Positions 24,593-39,719 of a stretch of 64,000 nt of DNA are shown in pieces. Source of the DNA: Octopus vulgaris (Eukaryota); assembly GCA_951406725.2 (NCBI GenBank), contig OX597834.1, positions 32,364,001 to 32,428,000 on the forward strand, read 5' to 3'. The translations under genes and the position numbers were made by a program. Below the pieces are notes generated by a model. The model had not been told where the DNA came from, searched no databases, and saw only the letters and a program-made list of their open reading frames with translations. How positions within the stretch are numbered: position 1 is the stretch's first letter; each line of letters starts with the position of its first letter.

Positions 24593-24969
24593 CACTACCG
24601 TCAGAAATTAATTAGCACCCTTGATTTGCTCTTCACTCAAGGTATGTGCTGTCACCTAGTGGCCATATCTCGAACTATTGCTTTGTTGCGAGTTCACTGT
24701 TGCGCAGAACGATGACGTAACTTTGTTTGCAGAGCAGTTTGAGAGTCTACAGCCTTATGATGTTGACATAGCAGTGCAACAACTTGGAGTGCGGATGCAG
24801 ACAAATCTTCCTTTGTTTAATAGATATAGGTAGCGCCTCGCAAGGACCGAAATCACACCATACTAAGTTTTCTCATCGCGTAAGACGTTTTGAACAGCTC
24901 ATAGGTTAATTGATTTAACCTATTTAATGTAGAAATTTGAGAAGTGCTAATTAATTTCTGACGCAAGTG
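24593..24969. mobile_element. Tc1/mariner-type MITE, ~26-bp TIRs, TA TSD
   Basis: ta|CACTACCGTCAGAAATTAATTAGCAC ... GTGCTAATTAATTTCTGACGCAAGTG|ta. Confidence 0.85.
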
Positions 24970-26007
24970 TATGTGGAGGAGGAGAATTTGAATTTTTAAA
25001 ATTTCTTTTCATAATTGAATGTAGAACACAAATTTACAAACATCTGAAAATTCCAAAAACTAAAAAAAAAAAATGTCATGACAGGTTACAAGGGGAGCTT
25101 AAACCAGAATTCCGTCCCCCAAGTCAAACTTACTAAAACTGGATATTATCCAACCATCTTATTCTTGGTCAAGGGCTGGAGAGCTTTAATCAACAGGTTT
25201 GCTCTATTGCTCTATTGGGTGATGTACAAGCAGAAACTATAGACCCACAGAAAAGTTCCAGTGGTATTTAATTAAGACCCCTTTAAAGTCTCAGTCCAGA
25301 TGCTGCCAAGCTTGAGTTTGCCTTTTATCTCTCCAGGGGCCAAAACAAAAAAAAATGAAATACCCCTCAAATACTGAAGTCGATTTTAATATCAATATTC
25401 CTATAATGCAGTCGAGAAGTGAATGGAATTTTAGAGTCAACTAAGACGCACGGACAAACAATAACAACAACAGCAACAACAACAGCACAGCAGAAGCATT
25501 GCTGGAAACTGTTGACTCCTGGCGGGAATTTGAAGCTCAGAATACAACACAAAGAAATGTAATCAAATACCACTTGGCATTTGTTTAAGCGCTCAACCGA
25601 TTCTGCCCTTCCATTATCAGTTACCACTTTGCTTGCAATACCATAAATATTAAATACAAAAACAACAACGGTATTTATATAGGAATGCAGCAGCAAAGAC
25701 TGCCAAGCTCCTTAGTTGAGTGTGTGTGTGTGTGTGTATGATGTAATGTTTATCAGAGATCACGAGCGTAAAAGTACGTCTGTACAAGACTAAGTAAAGC
25801 AAGAGTGAATCAGTGACTGTTGAATTATAAATATAAAACTGTACAGAATATATTAAATGCCCATTGCTTTTGTTTGTATGCAGAGATGTTCGCATGTGTA
25901 TGTGTACATAGATATACATATACATATACAAACATACATATACTCATACATATATCTACACAGCCTTGGGTTTTTTTTATCTCATTACGAAAAAAAATTA
26001 TATATAT

Positions 26008-26420
26008 AGGCGCAGGAGTGGCTGTGTGGTAAGTTGTTTGCTTACCAACCACATGGTTCTGGGTTCAGTCCCATTGCGTGGCATATTGGGCAAGTGTCTT
26101 CTGCTATAGCCCCGGGCCGACCAATGCCTTGTGAGTGGATTTGGTAGACGGAAACTGAAAGAAGCCCATCGTATATATGTATATATATGTATATGTGTGT
26201 GTGTGCGTCTGTGTTTGTGTTTGTCCCCCTAGCATTGCTTGACAACCGATGCTGGTGTGTTTACGTCCCCGTCACTTAGCGGTTCGGCAAAAGAGACCGA
26301 TAGAATAAGTACTGAGCTTACAAAGAATAAGTCTTGGGGTTGATTTGCTCAACTAAAGGTGGTGCTCCAGCATGGCCGCAGTCAAATGACTCAAACAAGT
26401 AAAAGGAAAAAGAAAAAGAA
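26008..26420 (+). mobile_element. Family-A SINE
   Basis: Full-length copy starting ggcgcaggagtggctgtgtgg. Confidence 0.88.
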
Positions 26421-27689
26421 ATATACATACAAATATATATGCCAATACATATATACGTGTGTATAAATAAATATAAGATCCAAGGATCACGGTGTAGGAT
26501 GAAAGTTAGCTTCAAGCAATCTGAAGTGAATATTAAACAAAAAAAAACAACTTTCAGGGAGAATAGTGGTTTATTGAAATGGAAGGTTTTGGATATTTTT
26601 CTTATTAAAGTATGATAAATTGAAAAAAAGTTCTCATTATATTTCACAGCAGGTATGTGAATAAGAATACAAGAATTAAGGAATGGAGTAAGAAAGATCC
26701 AGGTTACATATGCTTCATAGCGAACAGAACCTGAGAAGTGGTAAATAGCCAAGCAAGGTGTACACTGCAGGCTACTCTTCAGGCCAAGGACATCTTGATA
26801 GAAAGCGCCATTTTCTATAGCCTTGGGTCAGCCCCAAACCTCGTGAGTGAAATTGAGTAGATCAGAGCTATAAAGTAGTCCTACTGGATAGATTGTATCT
26901 GTAATTGAAACGGATATTACAGCCTTGTCACAGTCACTGAGTCATGCTATTTGTGCCTTAGAATCATAAAAGGTGTAAATGTGTCAGTAGAATGCTTGGC
27001 TGCTTAGATTGTGATTCAGGAACAGATAACTCAGTTGATTGGACACCTGAATCCTTGTGGTCACATGATGGAGATCCACCTTACACATACATATACAACA
27101 TAACACAAACACACACTTACATACATGCATACATACATATATTGGATTTTTATATTCAGCAACTTTATTTGCTAAACTGTGAGTCATATATTGTCCGTCA
27201 TTTGTCACTTGTACCAGTTGCATAAATGCTTGAAGCTTACTAGCTTCCTACACTTGGACCCCTGGATCATACTTATCTATTACTATGTATGTATAAATAT
27301 AGGCACAGGTGTGGCTGTGTGGTAAGAAGCTTGCTTTCCAACCACATGGTTCAGGGTTCAATTCCCACTGTTTGGCATCTTGGGCAAGTGTCTTCTACTA
27401 TAGCCCCAGGCCTTGTGAGTTGATTCAGTAGAAGGAAACTGAAAGAAGCCTGTCTGATGTGAGCGTGATTTTTTGACACTTCACTATCACTTGACGACTG
27501 GTGTTCATGTGTTTATATCCCTGTAACTTAGCAGTCAGCAAAAGTGATTGATAGAATAAGTACTAGACTTTCCCAAAATAAGTATAGGGGTGAGGCAGGC
27601 ATTTAACTGAAAGTCTACAAGGCATTGCCCCAGTCTAATGACTGAAACAAAACATAAAACATAAGATATATATAAGTATACATACATAC

Positions 27690-27995
27690 AAGAGAACCAT
27701 CCGAACGTTGCCTTTGCCAGCGCCGCCTCGACTGGCTTCCGTGCCGGTGGCACGTAAAAAGCACCATCCGCTCGTGGCCGTTTGCCAGCCTCGTCTGGCA
27801 CCTGTGCCAGTGACACGTAAAAAGCACCCACTACACTCATGGAGTGGTTGGCATTAGGAAGGGCATCCAGCCGTAGAAACATTGCCAGATCAGACTGGGC
27901 CTGGTGCAGCCTTCTGGCTTCCCAGACCCCAGTTGCACCGTCCAACCCATGCCAGCATGGAAAGCGGACGCTAAACGATGATGATGATGATGATG
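27690..27995 (+). mobile_element. Family-D SINE/retroposon
   Basis: Homologous to 7610-7962; (GAT)n tail. Confidence 0.8.
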
Positions 27996-28666
27996 ACATA
28001 CCCATATAATTGGCGGGCAATTTGGAATGGCCTTGTACATACGTACATATATATGTATGCATGGACGTTCGTATATGTAAGTATAATGTATGTTCTGTAT
28101 ATATATATATTTGTATTTATGTGCCCATCTGATATATTCAACTGATGAAGGCAGAGCTTATTTGAAGCAAAGCTAGAAATCCAGGATCTTGAATTATCCA
28201 GTAATATCTTTTTGCTAGTTTATTTTGTCCCTCTGTCATATCTCATGGTGCGATATGAACATTTTAGGTGGTTTTTAGAGTCAGGGTTTTGACTGCTATT
28301 TCGGCATGGTGGTGTCTCTCAGATACCCTTATTTATAGTACCCATATATATTTCAAGAGAACTTTCCATACAGTGTATGTAAGTGTGTGATTGCATGTGT
28401 GTTCACGCACACGGTGAAGACTGGATTAAGTATTCTAAAAGTACATGGAGATTGATGGAAATAAGAGGGTGGGTGAGAATAGGTGAATAAAAGGAAAGTA
28501 AGACTACGGTGGTGGGGGGGGGGGGAGAAAGCATGATGAAGAAGGGAGAGAGAAAGAAAGAGAGAGGGAGCATGAAATAGAGAGACAAGAATGAAGTAGT
28601 AAAGGAGAGAGAGGTGAAACATATACCTGAAGTGGGGAAAGCAGAAGAGACACAGATAGAGAGACA

Positions 28667-28715
<49 letters not shown>

Positions 28716-29144
28716 TACGAAGGAAGAGAGGGGCTAATCAAACAATCATTTGATAGTCAAGAAAATACAAAAGCAAAGAGAAACTGGCGGTGGAGGAGGC
28801 CGGTGGGGCAGCGCAAAGAAGATACCAGACTACAGACTAAGGGGGTGGGGGCTATGTTGTTGTGGTTGGCATGGTCTGTGTACTTATAATTCAACAGCTG
28901 AATTCGTTTAGCTCTATGTAGGAGGCATGACCTAGTTGTCGAGGAAGAGAATGGGGTCTCATTGATGAATGAACTGCAGGGGAATAATGGGCCTTGGTGG
29001 TTTAGCCCAGGATCATTAACTATGATTGGGTGGAGGCACATGGCTTAGTGGTTAGGGTATTGGACTCATGATTCTAAGATTGTGGTTTCGACTCTTGGAC
29101 CAGGTGACATGCTGTGCTCACCACCTTTGAACACAGAATAACAA

Positions 29145-29575
29145 TTCTTTCTACTATAGGCACAAAGCCTGAAATTTGTGGGGAGGGGATTAGGCAATTA
29201 CATTGACCCCAGTGTTTCACTGGTACTTAATTTATCGATCCCAAAAGGATGAAAAGCAAAATCGACCTAGGCAGAATTTGAACTCAGAATGTCAAGATGG
29301 ACGAAATACCACTAAGCATTTCACCCGGCATGCTAACAATTCTGCCAGCTCACAGCCTTAGTAATAATAATAATTTTTGCTACAAGGGTAGCTTGTGGGA
29401 GGGGATTAAGTCTATTGCATCGTCTCCAGTGTTTCACTGGTACTTATTTAATCAACCCCAAAAGGATGAAAAGCAAAGTCGACCTTAGCGGAATTTGAAC
29501 CCGGAACATAGTGACGGACAAAATGCCACTAAGCATTTAGCCTGGCATCCTAACACTTCTGCCATCTCACTGCCT
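29145..29575 (-). mobile_element. Two tandem diverged family-B SINEs
   Basis: Two copies of the aaaggatgaaaagcaaa.tcgacct...gaatttgaac core. Confidence 0.75.
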
Positions 29576-30579
29576 TTTGAGATACAATTATTAATCCTTC
29601 AAATTGTTTCAATTCAAACCCAATAACGAATTTATAAAAAAATTCATATTTATGAGTATGAAGCTCACCAGGAAAATATTTGACAAAATTACATGTAAGG
29701 ATTGTTAAATCCCAGAATAAGACCACATACATACATACATGTATGTTGCTGTGTTTATTCCCACCCATTGCTTGACGACCAGCGTTGGCTTGTTTACATC
29801 CCTATAACTTAGTGGTTTGGCAAAAGAAACAGAGTAAGTACCAGACTTTTAAAAAATAAGCAGTGGAATTGATCTGTTCAACAAAAACCTTTCAAGGTGG
29901 TGCCTCAGCATGGCCACAACCAATAACTGAAGCAAAGAAAATAATATGAAAAAAAAAAAACAAAGGGCATGGCTGTGTGGTAAGAAGCTTGCTTCCCAAC
30001 CACATAGTTCCAGGTTCAGTCCCATTGTATGGCACCTTGGACAAGCATTTTCCTCTATAGCCTCAGGCCAACCAAAGCCTTGTGAGTTGATTTGGTAGAC
30101 GGAAACTGAAAGAAGCCCTTCGTGTATACATATGTACACACACACACACATCTGTAAATGTAATATATGACAGTTATTCAGTAGCCATGATAAAACTCCG
30201 AATTTCGGATGTTGGGGTGGAAATCCACACCGCCATCTCTTACCATTTCTATCAATATATATATATATATATATTGCCCTGTGGGCAATAAAGAAAGAAA
30301 GAAATCTTCAGGCCAGATCTAATACCAGGATCGTTTTAGGGAGCTGTACCAAAGAAAAAGCTAAACCCAAGTTGATTAAACCCCCTTTGGGGGCTGCTGG
30401 AAGGAGGATTGGGGGCCCGCAGTTGAATACAGTTGATTTTAGTGTGTAATTCATTTTTTAAGGCAGTTAAAGCAAGTGAGTTCATGGAGACATAACTGCT
30501 ATTTCTAGCAGATCAGAAACACATATACACACACACATATTTATGTATTTATATCTATATGCATATATCTGAGAGAGGT

Positions 30580-30656
<77 letters not shown>

Positions 30657-30838
30657 ATAACTTTTATAAATATCATTGTCCATAAATGGTTAGATTGAGG
30701 GAGATCGTTTTGAATCAGTGAGCATTGGGGGAATGGATGAGAGGGATTAGTAAGGTTAATCTGGGTTAGCTAAGTTCAAAGTGAGGTTAATGTAGAGAGA
30801 GGGAACAGAGAGATTGAGACAAAAATAGACAGACAGAC

Positions 30839-30880
<42 letters not shown>

Positions 30881-31023
30881 AGGAGACAGAGACAGGAAGA
30901 GAGATATAGAGAAAGACAGAAAAAGGAGACAGAGAAAGATAGATAGGTGGAAAGAGAGTAAAGAAGACGAAGAGAGCTGAGAATTTCTAGCAAGCAAGTG
31001 TAATGTTTTTAGTACCAGTTTGA

Positions 31024-31107
<84 letters not shown>

Positions 31108-31787
31108 TACGTGAATTTGGAGGGGAGGTTTATTAAATCTTAATGAAAGTCTAATAGTGATGGGGGTGGAATGGGAAGACAAGGGATTATGTGATGCTGT
31201 GACTTCCATGCTTCTCTCAGTAAGATGTGTGGGCATGTGTGTGTGTGTGTGTGTGAATTGTGTATGTGCGTATGTGAGTGTGTGCATGTGTGCGAGTGTG
31301 TGTATGTGTGTGTGTGTGTGTGTGTGTCAGTTAAGAGCCCTCTGAAGAACAGACTAAGAGGAATTTAGTAGGTGAGAGAAGAAAAGGAAGGAAAAAAGCA
31401 AAAAAAAACAAACAAGAAAACAAGAAAAAGTAAAAAAAAAGAAAGAAAGAGTAAAAAAGAATATGAATGAAGAAAATGATGAAAAAGATAAGACCAGGAA
31501 AAAAGGTAAGAAGAAAGGGAGACAGAACAAAACAATAAAAAAAAGGGGGTGAAAAGAGAAGGGGACAAAATATGAAAGAGTGACAAGAAAAAGAAGTGGA
31601 AAAACATGATGAAAAGGGAAGAACCATCGTCTTATCATCATCATCATCATCATCATCATTCAATGTTTGATTTCCATGCTGGTATGGGTAGGATGGTTTA
31701 ACAGGGAATTGGTGGACTGCAGGGATGCTTCAAGCCCAAATGTCACCTAATTTGTATGTGTGTGTGTATATAGACATACAGACAGAC

Positions 31788-32113
<326 letters not shown>

Positions 32114-32115
<2 letters not shown>

Positions 32116-32955
32116 TAGCAGTATAGCCCAGCGTTGCTTGGGCTTGTTTTCTTTTCAACCCTTTAGAATTGGAATTTTTTTGAAAAGTAAAAATGTTGCA
32201 TTATGTAGCTTGTTATTCTCTTTAAGTGAACATTTTTTCTGGTTGAAATACACAGAAAAATGGCGACACAGCAGTAAAAAAAGATTGTAAAAATAGGGAT
32301 TTTCATAGAAAAAATGCACCTTTTTGATGTAAATAATTTTTGGTGTTAACATGGTCCAATTTGAATTTTTTCTTCTACAGAAGGAAGAGCAAGCCTTCTT
32401 CTATCATACTCTCAATTTTAGTCAACTTGCGCTGCAGGGCAGGGTCTCGGAGGAGATAGTGTTAGTTGAAGGCTACCAAACCTGCCATACACAGACAACT
32501 TCAGGTTTATATATATACTAGCAGCATAGCCCGGCGTTTCCCAGGTATGTAAGAGCCCCTAGTAGGCAACGACTAATCCCAATCTAGTCCTTTCCCTCTA
32601 GGGAACGAAGGCGCATGTGTAGTTTGCAATGTCTTCTCTTCACTCGAATACTTCTGTGTATACGATGTTCCTAGCTGTCCCTTTGGGTGATAAAAAGGTC
32701 GAGTTGTGTCCCCTAGACAGAAAATGTGTTGCATATAAAAAGCTTAGATTCTCGACCCCATGTCGAATTTATCGATTTTTTTCAGAACTGGGAGAACTTT
32801 TCAAAATTTTCGCTGCGTTAGTTTTGAATTATGACATTGGGCTATGTGTGTGTCGAGTTTCATCAGAATCGGTTGAAAGCCGTGGTCAAGGTGAGGGTAC
32901 AACCTGACAGACACACAGACACACAGACAGACAAACTGCCATTTATATAGAGAGA
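32114..32955 (-). mobile_element. Two tandem non-autonomous Helitron-like elements
   Basis: Both begin on + with actagcagYatagcccRgcgtt (on - a GC-rich subterminal hairpin followed by CTAG) at about 32114 and 32517, and end with cagaca...tttatata. Their internal sequences differ. Confidence 0.6.
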
Positions 32956-34812
32956 GATATACAGTTGTCTGTCTGTCAGAGAGTCTGTCTATGTATCTAG
33001 CTAGGTGTCTAACTGTCTGGCAATCCATCCATCCATCCGTCTGTCTGTCTACATATCTATCATTTTACCTATTTCTGTATATGGGCAGAAGGATGGATGG
33101 AGGGGTAGACAGACAGACAAACAGAAAAAGAAAATGAATAAAAACGATAGTAAGGAAAAGCAAGATAGAAAAAAAAACAATGATAGAAAGTAGTGTATGA
33201 AAGAAAATGAAAAAAAAAAAAGAAAAATGAAGGAAATCAAGAAGAAAAAAGGGTAAAAGAAACAAAAGAAAATGAAGACAAATAAGAAAGAAGAAAAAAA
33301 AGAAAAAAAGATAGAAAAATAAGGAGAAAGAGGAGGTAGAAGAATGGGGGGGGGAGAGAAAAACAACACAATGAAGAAAAAAAAAATATGGATGACTGAG
33401 TAAGAAGAGAATTTAGAAGGGATTTTTGCTATAGTTAGCCTCCCCTCCAAATTTCCATTGACCAATTTTAGAATATTACTGACCAACATCTGTGGTCAAA
33501 TATCTCCAGTGACTGAAATAGCAATGGTCAAGCCTGCAATTTACATTTTCGGTTGATCTGTGGTATGATAGGGTCAAGTATTAATTGACTGGTGGTGTCT
33601 AGTGGTGTCTGGTGTGGAGCGTGTGGGTGTCAGGTATTAAGGTGGACAGAGGGGAGATGCATTTTCCGCTAGTGACCGAAACAGGAAAAAACAACAACCT
33701 TACTTTAGATATCTTAAATTAATAATAATTCATACCTTCTTGTAAAGATGGTGTGGATGTGTATGTATGTGTGTGTTTGTGCATGTGTGTGTATACATGG
33801 CATGGCTGTGTGGTAAGAAGCTTGCTTCCCAACCACATGGTTCCGGGTTCAGTCCCACTGCATGGCACCTTGGGCAAGTGTCTTCTACTATAGATTATGT
33901 GGTCGGTTGTGCTGAAAATATGCACACCTATGTTAAAAGTGCTGGCAAGTTTGCATGACAACTATTTTTTTCCTCAAATGAAAGGCGTGACCTCCAGGAC
34001 AAAATTCTACATCTTATAAAATGTGGTCCGAGTAGACCCGAATGAAATCGGGTTATATTAACCAAAATGTGAAAAGGGGTCTAAATGGGGCTGGAAGGTG
34101 ATTAAAATTTACAGGAGCGGGTGTTTAGGAATTCTCTGTTACATCAAGCTAAAAAATTTGCGCTAGCCTTTAAATCGTTAATGTGTTGTCGTCCATGATG
34201 AAGAAGTTTTGAATGCTTGCCATGGTGAGTCTACTGTTGTGAGAAAGAATCACTTCAAAACTTGGTGTTTAGGAATTTTCTTTTACATCAAGTTCAAAAT
34301 TTTACGCCAGCCGTTAAACTGTCAATACGTTGCTGTCCATCGTTAAGAAATGCCAGCCATGGTGACTCTACTATCCTCAGATTCTATCCCTTCAAACTTT
34401 GGTTTCCAATATTTTATTATTTTTATTCAGCTCGCAAGTTCGTCTGTCCCTTTTAAATGTTAGTGTTTTGCTGTCTGCCTTGAAGCAGACCTTTCCGTTG
34501 TCACTGCCTGATATTTATGATTGATCTTTCAAAATATTTTACTTTCTCAACTTACTCAAGATCTTTTGTTGTTTATAAATGGGAGAGAGATAGAGAAAGA
34601 TAGAGAGTAAGAGAAAGCGAGGGAGAGTCTGAGAGAAAGGAAGAGTAAGAGAGTGGGAAAGTGAGAGAGAAAGGAGAGAGAAACAAAGAGGGAGAATGTG
34701 GTGATAAAAAACAGAAAGTAAGAACCACACTCTTACCCGCGTGTAGAGTGGGTACCTTAAGCTAGTATATATATATATAGGCATATATATATATGTATAT
34801 ATATTATATATA

Positions 34813-35683
34813 TGAAGAGGTATCAAAAGGACTAGTTGTGTTTAATAAAAGATAACTTATTTAGCTAAGTTTTACCCTCATCATCTTCGAAATTGTTACC
34901 TTGTGTAGCAATACATTGGTTCCAGTGTTCCTGCCACTTTTGGAATCTGGCCTGGAAGTTGTCTTCCATGAGTGAGTCAATGACCTTCAGCAATTTGCTC
35001 TGGATCTTAACAACAGTGTTAAAACAGCAACCTTTGAGCTGCATTTTCACCTTGGGAAGAGATGGAAGTCTGCAGGTGCTAAATTTGGTAAATAGGGTGG
35101 TTGCGGAAGCAATACCATGTTGTTTTTGGCAAGAAACTCACAAGTGAGAAGAACTTAGTGAAGAATCCAATTCGTCACATCCCACAGTTCTGGTCACTTT
35201 CACCAAATGTCCCCTTTCAAACACTTCAAAATATTGCAGTAGAACTCTTGATTGACGGTCTGGCCCTGGGGGAGGAATTCTTGATGCCCAATACCACATT
35301 TCTGGGGGTGACACTAATGGCAGGTCTTCCAGATCACTCACCGTCTTCCAAGGACATTCTTCCACTTTTGAAGCACCTGTGCCACTTGAAACATTGCATA
35401 CGACCCATTGCCTTGTCGTCGTAAGCTTGCCAAAGCATGCTCAGTGTCTCTGTAGCAGACTTTCTAAGTTTAACACAAATATTTCATGTTGGCTTTTTGT
35501 TCTTTTCATTGACAAAGTCACAGACTACAGCAGACACACGTGATCACAAAAACATAGATTTCACAACTTGTAGAGTAAACACCACAACGTCACTGCTAGC
35601 TGTCACTGCACACACACAACCATGTGCTACCATCTGTTGGTGCACTACTGAACTAGTTTAGGAACTTTTTTGATACCACTTCA
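34813..35683 (-). mobile_element. Decayed, internally deleted mariner transposon
   Basis: TIRs tgaagaggtatcaaaa / ttttgataccacttca flanked by TA. Remnants EDGE.SGRP and FQKWQEHWNQCIATQGNNFE match mariner transposase motifs (RSGRP; WxxCIxxxGxYFE). Multiple stops and frameshifts. Confidence 0.85.
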
Positions 35684-35697
35684 TATACATACATACA

Positions 35698-35771
<74 letters not shown>

Positions 35772-35778
<7 letters not shown>

Positions 35779-35937
35779 AATAAGAACAAACACATTTAGT
35801 TTGTTCATCACTTATGAATATTATAATGTTGGATTATTTATTCATTTTACAAAATGAGAACATATGCAAAAATATTATATCCAACATTATATATAGTTGT
35901 GAACAAACCAAATGTCCATTGTCTTATTTGTATTATA
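35772..35937. repeat. ~165-bp imperfect inverted repeat
   Basis: acatttagtttgttca...ataatgttggat versus atccaacattat...tgaacaaaccaaatgt. Confidence 0.75.
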
Positions 35938-36038
35938 TGTAACTGACTTAATTGTAAAAACATTTATGTATTAAGAATCTGTATTTTGTATGATATGATA
36001 TCCCATATGGGTTACACCCATAACCCCTATCTTACTTT

Positions 36039-36100
<62 letters not shown>

Positions 36101-36269
36101 CATGTATGTATGTATATATACTTTTGGGGAATGGCGACATCAACAATATTTATATATGTATGTGCATATGTATCAGATCATCATCATTTAACATCTGGTG
36201 AAAGAGAGAGGGGGGGGAAGGAGGGAGAGAGATGTAGTTATGATGGTTTAGACACCAAGCTGAAATACC

Positions 36270-36800
36270 AATCCACAACAAATAACAACAAACATAGACA
36301 CAGAAAAATTATCTGGTTTAACCCTCCCAATATACTTAACTCTAATCTGTACGTACTTCTCTTGCTTTGCACACAAAAATTCTGTTAAGGATAGTTATAA
36401 ATGTATGGGTAACATATGATGAAAAATCTCTAACACAGCCAAGAAAGTATAAATATCAGACAATATCAAAGACATGATTTGATGCCCTTTGAATGGAGAA
36501 TGCCAGTTGAAAGGAATAGTTTACAGACCAGATGTACAACTACCTAGCAGACTGTACTGAAAAAAAAAACAAAAACAGAAGCACACACACATATCAGGTT
36601 AACTGGAAACATCTTTAAACCTAAATTCACATATCACATACATTTGTTCAGATCTAAAAATAACTAAAGTAACTATGCAGAGCAGATCTAGTATTGACAG
36701 AGCATACTGTAGAAATGCACATCAGGTTAACTGAGAACATTTTTAAATGTAGATTCACACATCACACTCATTCATTTAGATCCAGAAAACAATGTAAAAA
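36270..36800 (+). mobile_element. Penelope-like element relic (GIY-YIG endonuclease region)
   Basis: Remnant peptides RKIIWFNPP, CPLNGECQLKGIVY and IxLTxNxFKxxFxxHxxxFR, the last present twice (about 36590 and 36718). Disrupted. Confidence 0.7.
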
Positions 36801-36814
36801 GTTGTGGCCTTAGG

Positions 36815-37460
36815 CACAATTACAATTTCACTTGGCTTGACAAATCTGCTCAAGCATGGCATATCATCAAAGGTCTCATGTCATTGCCTCCGTAAGGCCC
36901 AACATTCAAGGGGTCCTTTTTATGCGCCACTGGCACAAATGACAGTTACATGACACCAGCATCAGCCACAGCTACAATTTCATTTGGCTTGACAGGTCTT
37001 CTCTAGCACAGCAAATCACCAAAGGTCTCAGTCACTTGTCATTGCCTCCATGCAGTCCAACATTCAAAGATTATGCTTCACCACCTCATCCTATGTCTTC
37101 CTGGGTCTACCCCTTCCACAGGCTCCCTCCACAGTTAAAGATCGGCACTTCTTTACACTGCTGTTCTTGTCCATACACATCACATGACCATATCACCAGA
37201 CTGTCCTGCGCACCACATCTAATGCCTCTTATGCCCAACTTTTCTTCCAAGATGCTTACACTCTGTCGTACATGTACACTGACATTGCACATCCAGCGAA
37301 GCAGACTAGCTTCATTTCTCTCAAGCCTGTGCATGTCCTCAGTGGTCACAGCCCATGTTTCACTGCCGTGTAGCATAGCTGTTTGTACACAGGCATCTGT
37401 CTTTCACTCTGAGAGAGAGGCCCTTAGTTACCAACAGAGGTAGGAGCTCTCTGAACTTTG
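36815..37460 (-). mobile_element. RTE-clade LINE 3' fragment
   Basis: MLHGSETWAVTTEDMHRLERNEASLLRWMCNVS is typical of the RTE RT C-terminal region (LYGxETW...MLRW). Decayed downstream. Confidence 0.8.
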
Positions 37461-39719
37461 CCCAGCCTGTATAAAAATAAAAAAACTACATCCCTCTGCC
37501 AAGCCATATTGAGCCAGTGTGGTAAAGTAAGCTCAAATTCATGGTCTCCACATCAGGCCATGGTTGGACTGAGTGAACATGCTGAGGCCTTTGTTCTACA
37601 GTGGACTGATTACAGACAACCCAATCCAATTATTATCTAATAATATATTGAATAATATACTAAATATATTGTCTAGTAATTAACTGAACTTAGATAACAA
37701 TTTAAATGTTTTATCATGTCTTTTTAATTTATAGCTAATTTATACAATTAAGCATGAAATAGATTTGTTTATTAATTGTGGATATATTGATAGAAAATTG
37801 CAATGTAACTTCACAGTATAACCAAAACAAAATTATAAAAAGAATCTGAAAAGAAAAGAAAACAAAATAAAATGCCTTCTCATACTTCTCATACAAAGTT
37901 AATTATCAGGTGTCTGTTTGTCTCTACAATGCTTGGAATCCAGTGTACCTGTCTTTGCTTGTTTACTACTGACCCACCAACTTAAAATTTTTCTTTTTCT
38001 TTTCTTTTCCATGGATAAAAACAAAGTTTCAAATATACCTTTAAGACGGCAAAAAATATTTTTTAAAGTTTTGTTGAATTTTCCCTTCCTCCACCAAACA
38101 CTTTACATATTTTCTGATTTTTTGAAGGATAGATGAGAAAGTAACACCGTGATAAAATGGAGCACTCTTACAAAGATAAAGGCATATAATATCAGTGGTA
38201 ACCACTCCAAATTTTGACTCTATTTAGAGCCATCTTGATCAGGGTAGAGGAAATATTCTCACCATGCTTCCACGTATACAAATATATTCTACAAGCCTTT
38301 AAGTGTATTCCTGTAACTGTGGATTTTGAACAACAAACTGTCTGACTGCACAAGCTAAAGCTAATTCATGACCAACCAAGCAATGTGATACGTAGAGACA
38401 ATCATTTCATTGGGGCCGATGTAATCAACTTAATCCCTTTGTCTGTCCTAGTTTGTCCACTTTATGTTTAGCACCCTGTGGGCAGTAAAGAAATAATTAT
38501 TATTTATACACACACACACACAGACACACACACATATATATATACATATATATCAAGAAGGCTCATGGCTTAGTGGTTAAGGTATTTGGCTCGTGACCAT
38601 AAGGTTGTGTGTTCAACTCCTGGCAGTGCATTGTGTCCTTGAGCAAGACACTTTAACATTGTTCCAGTTCACTCAGCTAGCACAAGTGAGTTGTGTCTAT
38701 AATTGAAAGGGCCAGCCATTCTATTTCATACTGAATCTCCCGTTAATGGTATGCCTATCTGTGGGGTGCTCAGCCACTTTCACATTAATTTCACAAGTGG
38801 CTGTTCCGTTGACCAGATCAACTGGAACCCTTGTCATCATAACTAACAAAGTACCAGTAGTATATACGTATGTATGGCAGGCTTCTTTCAGTTTCTGTCT
38901 GACAAATCCACTTACAAGGCTTTGGTTGGCCAAGGCTATAGAAGAAGATACTTGCCCAATGTGGGACTGAACTTGAGACCATGTGGTTATGGGAAGCGCA
39001 GACTACTTAATCACACACAGCCAGAGATTAAAAGCCTGTGTGTGTCTGGCAGACAGACACTGTTGCATTCTATCAGCAAATAGGATTTTCTCTCATCTAC
39101 TCCAGATAACAACAAGAAACATGGCTACTAATCTTCTTAACAGAGAAACTATTGAAGTTTTTTGAAAAAATTTATTAATTTTTCTTCATTTATTTTTATG
39201 TGTCTATACCCATTCCTTCACCACATACACACACACTCTCTTCCCTCTGGACTTGCACTGCATATCCTGTGCACTGAAAAACACTCTGCGTCATGATGCA
39301 TGAATCCTGCAGTTTAAAATTCCAAGTTTAATTGCCAAAATATGTCAATTATATATACATTCATATATGTCAATTACAAATAGTTTAAACATGTTATATA
39401 ACATTATATAACACACAAATGCACACACGCACACATATATATATATGTGTGTGTTAGGTAATGCTAGGTAATAGCTTCAGCTTTTGAGCTGCGACCATGC
39501 TGGGGCACCACCATTAACTTTGCAACACCTTCAGTACTTGAAACTTCCTTTGAAATGTGGAATTTGGTGAATGAGGGAGTTTCATGCTGCTGCCCTCATC
39601 TGCATTTCCTGTCATGAAGTAGGCTCCTCTGGAACTGTTGACAGAAGAAGATCCAGCTTTGTTTTGAAAATACCTCTATATACATATACGTACATACATA
39701 CATACATACATATATATAC

